DNA of 64,000 nucleotides from Octopus bimaculoides (taxonomy: Eukaryota), in contig NC_068982.1 in assembly GCF_001194135.2 (NCBI RefSeq), positions 87,389,309 to 87,453,308 of the forward strand, given 5' to 3'. A program made the translations under genes and the position numbers. The notes below the pieces were generated by a model. The model was given only the letters and a program-made list of their open reading frames with translations. It searched no databases and was not told where the DNA came from. Positions 12,398 through 24,700 of the stretch are shown here, piece by piece; the stretch's first letter is position 1; each line of letters begins with the position of its first letter.

Positions 12398-15300
12398 CAC
12401 ATATGCACATGTGAATATGCATATGTACACAAGTACAGCCTGCTAACACTTGTGAATGAGTATGGCTTCGCAGATGTACCATGCTTTCATTAATTCTTTT
12501 AGCTGCCAATGTAGTCATGAGCAAATAAAGATAACTCCACGGTTCCACTCACGTTTGATTCAGCAGCACATCCAAAATTTGACAAAATGGAGGGAAAAAG
12601 AGCTGTATCAGCACTTGGGTGGTAATCATTTACAGCTGAGTGGACTGAAGTACCTTGCTGAAAGACACAAGTTACTGCCTAATTCACTTTCTGATCATGA
12701 GCTGAACATCCTTATGACTAGAGCATGTCTTTCCCCACACACATACATACACACGTGTGCATGTGTATGTGTGTGTGTATACATAGGTATAATACCTTGA
12801 GTATCTTGAAAGTCACCTTAGCTCTGTTATTGTTGTTGGTGCTATTATTGTAATATTACTTATGTGTTCATTCTTTTTTTTTCTGATAATTTGATCGGTG
12901 GAAAGTAATGTACATTATTTATTCAAAGAATTCAGAAAAATTCAACAGAAATTAATTATATTCTACCTGATGAAGCATCCAGGGTTGCCAATTTAACATA
13001 TTTAATGCTAGATCTAGCATTTTTTTCAGCATTTAGCAAACAATTTTTGAATCTAACATTTAGCAGGGAAAATAGCAGGTTTAAAATTTCATTCAGCATT
13101 TTTTTTTAGCATTTTTCTCAGATATGACATTTCCACAATAGTTACCCTTTTTTCTTCTTTTTCCTCCTTTTTTACTTTTGTTAATGTATCTTATAGCAAA
13201 ATGTTAGTAGTATCGGCTATTGTTGAATTTTTCTTTCACTTTCTTGAAACTTCAAATGAAAGTTTGTCAAAAGGAAGTTTATCAAGTTATAAACTTTTTC
13301 GGCACCCCACCCGGCTTGGATACAGAGTGGTGCTGGGGGGAGGGGAGAAGATAACTCATGTCAGCACCTGAACTCACTACACAATAATGTAAATATGTTG
13401 CAAAGAATGAAAGCATGGAAATTCGTCCTAACAATGCTTTATTCTATAGTGATGAGTTTTTATCATGACAGGTTGACTGATTTACTTTCAGTTTGACTGT
13501 TTTAAAATAGGCCTGTGTTTTTTCATGCTTGTTTTGGATTATATATCTTGTACAGAAGTATGGGGGTGGTGGGGGTGGTCTCCCCCTTTATATTTCTATT
13601 TACTTTTTTTTTTTCAAGTATTATAGTAATATTTGTGGTTTTACCAATAGATATTAAATGTAAGAGTGGAAGCGAAATATGATGTTCCCAGGCTCATATC
13701 AGAACACAATTTTAGGGTTTCTGCAGATTTTAGTCTTCCATTTATAAGTTGGCCACACTGCACCCTGAATCAGTATAGTTCACCTCAAGAATTTGTAAGC
13801 AGCAAACATAAGAATTGTTAATGATGAATGAAAGAATTGTTAGCGGCAAACTGGTAAGTTGTGTTTTCAATCGTGAATTCTTGTACAACTAGGTGGCTGT
13901 CAGTAGAACCAGCGGTAAATAGAATTTTAAGCCAATGATTTGAATTGCAAACTCACTTGTAAACTACAACTACAAAAGAAAAGTGTTTTACAGTACAAAT
14001 ATCACATGAAATTTATTTTCTTGCTTCCCACTACATTATAATGAGCAAAGGAAAAAAGTTGTACCAGCAAAAATTCCGAAAGGAATGGCTTAAGATGCCA
14101 GCATTTACTAAGTGGTTGTGTGAAGTACCTAGTGACCAATCTAAAGCACATTGCAGATATTGTAGATGTAATATACTGGCAAAATATTCTCTTGTAGTAA
14201 GCCACTGTGAAGCAAAGAAACATAAGGCATCAACTCCACAGCAAATGATTCCTCTTAGCAATTTTATTAAAACCAAAAATGATAAGACATTTATGCTTGA
14301 AGCAAATTTAGCAATGTTTATTTGTTGCCACTCATCATTTAATAGCTGTGATCACTTAATAGAGTTATGTAAGAATTATATGTCTGATAGTGATATTATG
14401 TCCAAAGTGAAGTTGCATCGTACAAAATGCGTAAATATTGTGAGAAATGTTCTAGCTCCATATTTTGATGGAGATTTGATTTCTTATATCGGAGATAGAA
14501 AATTTAGCCTGTTATTAAATGAATCCAATGATATATCAATAAACAAGTTGTTAGGAATTGTTATCATATATTATAGTGACACTCACAAAAAAGTGGTACA
14601 TACATATCTCAATATGGTATCTTAAGAAACATGCGACGCAGATGGCATTGTAGATGCCTTAAAAATTGAATTAGAAAAAAAGGAATTAGATATAAAAAAA
14701 TTACTGGCTATAGGAACCGACAACGCTAGAGTAATGATAGGAGTCAACAATGATGTTTTCCAGAAATTAAAAGAAGCTTCATCATTACTTCTATTTAGAT
14801 GTGTATGTCATTCTTTACAGTTGACAGTATCCCACACTTGTGCTGAATGCTTGCCCATAAATTTAGAATTTTTAGTATCCAAAACCTATAAATGGTTCTT
14901 CAACAAGACAAAGTGCCTACAAACAATTTTACCTTGTTATCAATGATAAAGAGCCTTTGAAGATCGTGAATTCTTGTACAACTAGGTGGCTGTCAATAGA
15001 ACCAGCAGTAAATAGAATTTTAAGCCAATGGTTTGAATTGCAAACTCACTTCCAAACTACAACTACTAAAGAAAAATGCTTTACAGCACAAATGTCACAT
15101 GAAATGTTTTGTGATTCTAGGAATGAACTTTACCTTTTATTTTTGAATCCAATTTTAAAACATGCTCAGGAAATGTTTGAATCAAACACTGTCGACAAAA
15201 CAAAATTACTTGAAGATCTTTCAAATTTGATCAAATCTGTTGCTAATATGATAGTTTTGCCAACATGTAGAAGTGATCCTTTTGATCTGGATGCTTCTAT

Positions 15301-18300
15301 TGAAAAATTTATGGATCCTAAACCAAATATAGGCTACAGGTTCAAGAGAAAGATAACAGAAATGATTATCAAGAAGACTGTAACAGCCACTGAAGAAAAT
15401 AATATTTGCAAAAGAGCACAATTTTTACTCTGCCTTTATAAAGAGCTCAAGCAACATTTGCCAGGAAATATTAATATACTGAGGAATATCAAATGTTTTT
15501 CAGTAGAGAATATTTTTTGGCATTTCAAAGAGCCAATTTAACCTGTCTTTAAAGCAATACATTTAAATGAAGAAAAAATTGCTTCAATTGAAATTCAGTT
15601 TAATATTTTAATTCTGTTTAATAGTTAAATGGACAAATATGCCTAATACTGAGGCATTGTGGCNNNNNNNNNNGCCAAACTCAAATGCAGAAGTTGAACA
15701 GTTGTTTACTAGTATGGGTGTAATCAAATCAAAATTGAAAAACAAAATGCATCTTCCTATGCTATAAAATATGGCCTGAAAAGATATGGCAAATGTTGCA
15801 AAAACTTTGATATTCCAAAACACATAATTAACAAGATAGGAACCTTGAATGTATATAGAAGTCAAGACCTAGGCACTGTAGCTGAAAGTGATCAAATCAG
15901 TGAAATTCAAGAAATTATTTCTCAATGATGAATATAATTAAAGAAAGTAAATAAAAATGTAAATAAAAATTAAGCTTTTTGATATAATTAGTCTTTAGCA
16001 TTTTTTGTCATATTTAGCATTTTTTTGGTATTTTTTCTACTGAAATTTAGTATAAAATGCTGATTTTAAGTTGGCAACACTGGTATTTTAATATAAACTC
16101 AGCCACCAAAAGCTGGTGTGCAGTGCAGAAATGTATGTTGTGATTTACTATTAAAAGCCTGATATCCTCCATCTTCATGTTATATTATTTTCACACACAC
16201 ACACATATACACCCATATACAAGGTGTAGTCAAAAAATATCCGACCTTTGGCCAAAAAGCAAGTAATATTAAAAAATTCACCATTTTGATTTAATCTCCT
16301 TCAAAATATTTACCTTGGGAGTCTACACACTTCTGCCAGCATTCCTGTTACTGCTGGAAACATTTCTGGAAATCACTTTTTGGGATGCTGCAGAACTGTG
16401 CCATCGAATTTTGCTTAATGTTCTCTGTTGACTCAAATCTCCCTTTGAGTGTTTTTTTTTTGAGCTTTGGGAATAGCCAAAAGCCACACGGAGCCAAGTC
16501 TAGGGAGTAGGAAGCCTGACAAACAAGTGGTGTGTTTTGCTTGATGAGGAATGCTTGAATGATGCAGATGGAATGAGCAAGTGCATTGTCATGGTGGAGT
16601 TTCCAATTCTTTGCAGCCCACAGGTTGGGTTGTTTTCACCCAATGTTTTCACCATCTTTGAACCAGTTTTATCATTTCTTTATTTGTATTTTTCCCATAG
16701 CGTCATCTTGAAAGGCCTTCTGAATCTTCTTGATAGTTTGGGCTTGCATATCACCAAGTTTTTGGCAGAATTTGATATAGTATTTTTGCTCAATGTGCTT
16801 GGTCATCTTGACTCAAAAAGAAAAATTGTACAGCACACTCTTCACTGTGGGTGAATGGCACAACCTACAGACCCGAAAATTTTTCCGCATGCTCAGGAAA
16901 GATGTGGCCACCTAATACCCATGCGGATTTTGCTCATGTATTACTATTTTGTAAAAAAAAAAATCAAGATTGGATACTTTTTGACTACATCTCATATATG
17001 TATTAAGTTATTTATTTTCTTGATTTTCAATTCCAGATGACTTTGGCAATCAATATAATGGAATGATATTGCTTTACACATTGAAGAATCCATCTTATCC
17101 CAAATACTATACTTCAACTGATTGTGGTGTAATGTGTCTTGATATCCACCCTGTCTACTGTTACATGCTTTGTGCTGGATTATATGATGGCAGTGTGGCA
17201 GTCTATAATTTTTGCAACAGAGAGCCATTACTCCAGCGGTGTACTGCAAAGAATGGGAAGCATCTCGGTCCAGTGTGGGAGGTGAGGTGTTTCAGTCTTA
17301 ATATTTCTTCATGTGTGAAGGCAGTAGGCTGGTAGAATAGTTAGCACACTGGGTAAAATGCTTAGTGGCATTTCATCTGTTTGTATGTTCTGAGTTCAAA
17401 TTTTGTTGAGGTTGACTTTGCTGTTCATCCTTTTGGGATAAAATAAGTGCCAGTTGAATACTGAGTTGATGTAATCAACTTACCCTTCCACTGAAATTGC
17501 TGACCTTGTGCCAAAATATGAAACCAATATTTTTTTATGAGTGAAGATGGTGTGCTGGCAGAATTGTTAACACACTGGGCAAAATGCTTAGCAGTATTTT
17601 GTCTGTCTTTATGTTCTGAGTTCAATTTCCATTGAAGTTGACTTTGCCTTTCTTCCTTTCAGGATCAATAAAGTAAATACCAGTTGAACACTGGAGTCAA
17701 TGCATGTCCTTGTGCCAAAATTTGAAATAAATATTTCTTTAAGCCTCTTATTTCTAATCCCACAAAGTTTAATTTTACATTTCATTCCTTCGCTGATCAT
17801 AAGTACAAATCAGTATCTTGGTTGATCTTAATTGATTATATCCATCTCAAATTCAGAGGTCTGAGCCTATGTTAGAGATCAATATTTTTTTATGTTAATT
17901 TGTCAATGAATTGATTACTCTCTATCTCTTACATCTAGAGTTCTTTACTAATAGGCAGAGAACTATCTAGATTGCTAGGTTAAGGTTTCTAATTTGCACA
18001 TCAGAAGTTGTGATGTCATCTTGATGCAGTGGCTTGTAAGGCTGTTCAGTTTACAGCAGGAATGAGGCTTGATTTTTTCTTGATCAACAACATTGCCATC
18101 ATTGTCATTGTCATTGTCGTCTTCATCATCATCATCATCATTTCAACTTTCAGACAGAATTCATTGAGACAGATTTACGATAAACAGATGTCCTTACAGC
18201 TATCAACCCTCACCAGTTTCCAAGTAAGGTTGTATTTAACTATGACCAAATATGTTTTTCACAGAAAACTGGAAAGAACAACATTGTTTGTATAATGGTG

Positions 18301-18689
18301 ATGCTTGTTTAGAACCATCAATAAGACAAGGATACATACAAATGCACACACAGGCACACACATGTGTACACACACGTGTACACACATGTGTACACACACA
18401 CACACACACATTAAATATACCAATATATTAATATAACCACTCTACTGGGCGGTTGCTGTTAGGAAGGACATCCAGCTGTAAAAACTGCCAAAACAGACAC
18501 AGAAGTTTGGTGCAGGCTCCTTGAACCATCCAACTCATGCCAGCATGGAAGGCGGACATTAAACAACAATGATGATGACGATGATGATAATGATGATGAT
18601 ATACAAACAACACACAAAAAATTATTTCATGTTCTTTAGAAGTTTAAAAATTATATATACATATATAATTATATATACATTTGTTTGTT

Positions 18690-18756
<67 letters not shown>

Positions 18757-21700
18757 NNNNNNNNNNNNNNNNNNNNNNNNNNNNNNNNNNNNNNNNNNNN
18801 NNNNNNNNNNNNNNNNNNNNNNNNNNNNNNNNNNNNNNNNNNNNNNNNNNNNNNNNNNNNNNNNNNNNNNNNNNNNNNNNNNNNNNNNNNNNNNNNNNNN
18901 NNNNNNNNNNNNNNNNNNNNNNNNNNNNNNNNNNNNNNNNNNNNNNNNGGGGGGGGGGTGAACATCAAATCTATTTACTCAATCATAGTAAGTACTTTTG
19001 TTTTAGATCTGTTTGTGTCACTTTTTTTCTTGACCATTTTTTGGCAGATTCCTCAGACAAGATCTTTTGAGACACGCTTCTTCCATGTTTTTTTTTTTTT
19101 ATTTCTTTTTTTTACACTGAAACATTATCTAATGTTCAGAAACATTTTGGAAAAAGAACACATGCAAAACTGTTTCCAAAGCCATTAAACTTATACATTT
19201 ATTCTTGGCAGAGTGTTTGTGTGCATGTAAATTTTGTTGTTTGTCTATTTGTTGCAAATTTGTAAATCTATATTATCACTGTCATTTGTCACAAAGATAT
19301 TTTTCTTGTCTCCATGCATGGCTGTGTGGTAAAAAGCCTGCTTATCAGCTACATGGTTCTAGGTTCAGTCCCACTGTGTGAAACTTTGGGCAAATATCCT
19401 CTACTAAAGCCTTGGGCCAACCAAAGCCTTGTGAGTGCATTTGGTTGGCAGAAACTGAAAGAAGCCCATAGTATATGTATGTGTGTGTGTAGCTTTGTGT
19501 CTATGTTTGTGTATCTTTGCGTCTATGTTTGTCCCCACTCACTGCTTGACAACTGGTGTTGGTGTGTTTACATCCCTGTAACTTACTAGTTCAGCAAAAA
19601 AGACCAATAAAACCAGGCTTAAAATAAAAAATAAGTACTGGGGCTGAATCATTTGACTAAAATTTCTTGAAGATGGTGTCCCAGCATGGCCACTGTCTCA
19701 TGACTGAAACAAACAAAAGTTAAAAGATGTCTCTATGGTTATACAATGTTTTAATTCTTGTCTGCTTTTCTTATTTTAAATCTGTGTTAACATTTTGTGT
19801 TTTACAAATATTTGGCTGGGAAGTGCATTTGTTTATGTTGATGTTACCATCACTATGGTGAGTACCTCTTTCTACTACAAAAAGCCATGTTGAAATCCAT
19901 GGCTCATTAGGCATCATCATCATCATCCTTTAACATCCATCTTCCATACTGGCATTTATTGGACAGTTTGACAGGATCCAACAAGTCACAAAACTGCTTT
20001 GAATAGCGATGTCAGCTTTGGCATGGTTTCTATGGCTTGATGCTCTTCCTAATGCCAACCACTTTAAAGATTGTACTGGGTTCTTTTTTTCATGCCATTG
20101 GCACTAGTGAGATCACTGAGTAATTTGCAAGGCAGGAAAAGAAAAGAATAAGCCCCCACTTACCAATGACTGAGTAGGGAATATATTTTGGAGAGGTGGG
20201 GTGGCTTTATGTTAGGTGCTGAGAGACTAAAATATAATAGAGGGACAAGTACAGGTTTCTTGCTATAGCAGAGATACATGACTACCTTGCATTATATAAA
20301 GGTCAGTGGGAAGAAGGTAAACACAATGGTGGCAAGGTGCTAGAGGGAACTCTTAAGGTACGAGAAGGTAAGTATAAGGGAGAATATAGGAAATCGATTA
20401 GGAGCAGAAGGAGAGGATGAGTAATTTCATAAGTGTGTAAATACACCAGTATTGGAATTCTACAGGCAAGGTAATATAGTGAGAAAATAACTATTATAAA
20501 TGACTAATATTAGTTTCTTTCACATAAAAAAAGGAACAAATAAAAAAAAATAGGTAGTTAAATTGATGATGAGAATAAAAAAATAATTAAACTTTATACT
20601 GCTACAGGAACTTGTTTTAATGTATGCTACTTGATGATTATTCAATGTCTGAAAGTTGTCCTCTAGAAAGAAACAGCATTGGTAATCTGATGGTATGTTT
20701 AATCTTCAATACACATGATATGTGATTACTTATAAAAGAGCTCAATATAACAGAAATGGTTTATTATAAGATAATATCAAAAAGATACTGCATGCTATAT
20801 CAATAAATCTATTTCCGTCTTGGACCTTAAACAAGTTAGATGTTTATATGGTTCTGTTTATCCTTTCTATTGGCAAATTATTTCCATTAGTTATTGGAAA
20901 TAAGATTTCATGTATTTTGTTCTTTTATTGCATATATATATATATATTGTGAATATTTTGAAGTTGTTAATTTATTTGGTTTCCTTTTCATATTTCTTCT
21001 TTTTATATATATATCACAAAGGCATTTTCTTTCTTTTTTTTCTTTCTATAACAATTATACATAAGCTTTGAACAGTTACTAACCCATTGCAGAGCTTAAA
21101 CATAATCTCTACTCTCTATACTGCACATACATCATCTAGTGCAGTTTACCCACAAAAATTACTGGGGTTAAATAAGTTAGATCATGAGTAAGAATATAGA
21201 ATTGACTTGGCTCCTCAGCTTTTGGTTCCTTACTTTGGAACCAAGAATAGTCAGGTACTTAAGGAATAGAGATGGATTAGGGGTAAACAGCCTAATATCA
21301 CTATAACTCACTACCTAAATGATCATGATAATAATGACACCCTCAAAACATATGCATAGACATATATGTTTTCAACATCAAAATAAAAGTGACTTGAAAG
21401 ATAGGCAAAACTTCTTTCACCAGTATTCTACAACCTTAGCTTCCTTCTGTATCTTTTACTGTTCCTACCGACAAATAAATTTTTTTCTATTCCTATCTAC
21501 ACCCACTTGATTTCAAGTGATTGGGATATCAACCTTATAATGCTTCAATAAAGTGCTGAAATTATCTGCTAGAAATAGATAAAATTTTGCCTGTTTAATA
21601 TGCCCCAGGCCAACAACCTTAAAAAGAGGTGATATATTGGACAATGTAGTCTTAGATTTGCAAAATGACAGGATAGTCATGCAGGAATGGTCATAAGTCA

Positions 21701-24700
21701 ATTTTATATGAATTAATTTGAAGTTAAACAACAACTCTTTTGGGTTTACATTTACAATCGACATTGATAATGTAGTAATTGATCTCATCTTCAGACAATA
21801 TGTTGATTTTTTTGTCTAATTTTCTTTTGTTATCTAGGTAAGATGGCAGAAAGACAATTTGGAAGGTAATGCACTGTTTTACTCCATTTCTTCTGATGGC
21901 AGAATAGTTGAATGGATTATTGTCAAAGTAAATATTTGTTTCTATTTCTTATTGGTTTTAATGTGGCATCTTGCCTGAGTATAGGATTACAGAATGTGTT
22001 TTAAACATTACTATCAAAAGGCAAAACAAAAAACAATCAGGGGCAGCAAGGTGTGGGTGGTGGAAGTACAGGTACATTCAATATGTACAGAGTGAATTCT
22101 ATCATCTCAGTTAGGTGTACCATGGTTCAAGGAGTAGAGGAAATGGTTCAAAAGACAAAGGGATATAGAGTAAGTACTGTGGGTTCATCTCTGATGAACC
22201 ATATGCATACACACATACACACACACATATATGTATATACATACTTACACACACACACATATGTATGTGTATATGTATGTGTGCATGTATGTATGTGTGT
22301 ATGCATTTATGTAGGTATGCATATATGTGCATATGTATGTATGCATGCATTTATGTGTATGTATGTATGCATGTATATGTATATGCATATGCATGTATGT
22401 ATGTATGTATGTATGTATGTATGTATGTATGTATGTGTGTGCATGTATAAGATAAGTTATTTAGTGTAAAATAACAAATACTTAATGATGAAAAGACTCA
22501 ATACTGATAGTAGAGTCAAAGTTATATGTATAGGTTGAATGGGACTTCAAAATTTACTCCTTTAAGCTTATATATATATATTTTGATATTATTAATAAAA
22601 TTATTAACAAAATTCTTAGGAAATCAATATTCGAATTTCTGAAAGATGTATGTTTTATATGACACAATAATCATTTTGAATTATAATTAAAGTTAAAAAT
22701 ATACAAAATATAAATGTATAGAAAAATATATGCGTACAGTATATATTTTATGTGAATTATTAATTACTGTGACTATTCATTTATATACTATAATAAGTCT
22801 TTTAATAATAATAATAATAATAATAACTATTCACCACAACAGAAATATAAAAACAATAAAAATTGCTCATGTAAAAATAAAAAAATATGTCCTTTACAAG
22901 GCAATTGTAAAAGACTTAATATAGTATATAAATGCATAGTCACAATAATTAATAATTCACATAAAATGGTATACATAGGGAGTTCTATTAATTTTAAACA
23001 ATGATATCTAGTGCATATACATTCATTTAAACCAAATATAAATAATAATACAACTTCATTAGCCACATACATACAGAAACTCAATAAAAACAAAATTAAT
23101 TATAAATTGGACTGGTCAATAATAGATTCTGCCATACCATATCCACATAAATCAAATAATTGCCGTTTATGCACATTAGAATCACTGCATATATTACTAT
23201 ATAAATTTGACAACCTAATAAATAGCAAGTCAGCCTCGATATCAGCATGTAAACATAGGTACTACAAAACCTTTAAATATTATAATAGATCCAAAAATAA
23301 GGTAGAATAGAAAAAAACACATGTGTGTATTTGTATAAGCATTTGTATTGATATGTAAAAAAAGTATGTATANNNNNNNNNNNNNNNNNNNNNNNNNNNN
23401 NNNNNNNNNNNNNNNNNNNNNNNNNNNNNNNNNNNNNNNNNNNNNNNNNNNNNNNNNNNNNNNNNNNNNNNNNNNNNNNNNNNNNNNNNNNNNNNNNNNN
23501 NNNNNNNNNNNNNNNNNNNNNNNNNNNNNNNNNNNNNNNNNNNNNNNNNNNNNNNNNNNNNNNNNNNNNNNNNNNNNNNNNNNNNNNNNNNNNGTAATTT
23601 GTTTTGGTGATTTGTGTTTATTGTTTGAAAAAAACTGTTATTTGCTTTTTTGAAAAGCAACTTGTTGGAATTCCCCCCTGCGGGGAAATTATTGTTATTA
23701 TTATTGTGGCTTTTAAGCCAACTTGGAAAAACAAAAATGGAAAACCTTTTGAATTCACCAAGTGAATTCCCACCTGTGGGTGAAGCATTTACAAGCATTT
23801 TCGGTGATGAAATTTCACCAGCAGTTTCAATGGTGGTGTCACCAAAAATGTTCACAGAGGTAGCAGGAAGAAAGAGCAGGGAAATAAACACAGAGCATAG
23901 TAACCTGCAAAAGTACATGACATTAATTAAAAAGGAGGGGGTCAGAGATTCAAGTTGCCACCCCAAAAGATGAAACAGAATCAGTAGAAAAAAAGAGGAT
24001 AATCTATAAAACATACAGCACCGAAAAAAAAAGGATTTTTAAAATGGAAGAAAAAATAATAGAGAAATGTCTAAAAAAAATATGGCCTGAAATTACCTAT
24101 ATCAACCGAGCAAAGAGATTCGGAACAATAGAGGTACGGTTCAGGTCAGAAGAGGCAGCGAGAAAATACTCTTCGGAGACACTCAGAACAGAGGAGGTGT
24201 TTCTTCTTCCCATATATATGGGAAGAAGAACATCAAAAATAAAAGTTAACAATATCCCACCGGAAGTGGATGCAGCTTGTTTAGTAGCAGGAAGGGCCTG
24301 GAGGAAAAAATAACAATACTCCAGGCCTCGGTGGAAAAGGAAGAACTTTGGAAGGGTCAATGCTTGACCATGATAATTCAAGCGGAAGCAGCTATGTTAG
24401 AAGAGATCAGCGAAACTATTAATTTACGTGGAAGAGATAAATTAATAGTTTTTGCTGAAGGAAGGAAGCCTAGGTGCTTCAACTGTGGTCTAAAAGGCCA
24501 TATCAGGGCAGAATGTAAGACCAAAGAGCAAGAAGAAGAAGCGGTGGATGAAACAAAGGAAGAGGCACCTGTAACAACACAAGAACCAGTGACAACACCA
24601 AGGTCGAACCAGAGACAACACCAAGGTCAACCAGAGACAACACTAAGGTCGACAGTAGAGANNNNNNNNNNNNNNNNNNNNNNNNNNNNNNNNNNNNNNN

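Noticed and set aside
22181-22200. GGTTCATC-TCT-GATGAACC hairpin containing CTGATGA
   Set aside because: A simple 8-bp hairpin without hammerhead topology.
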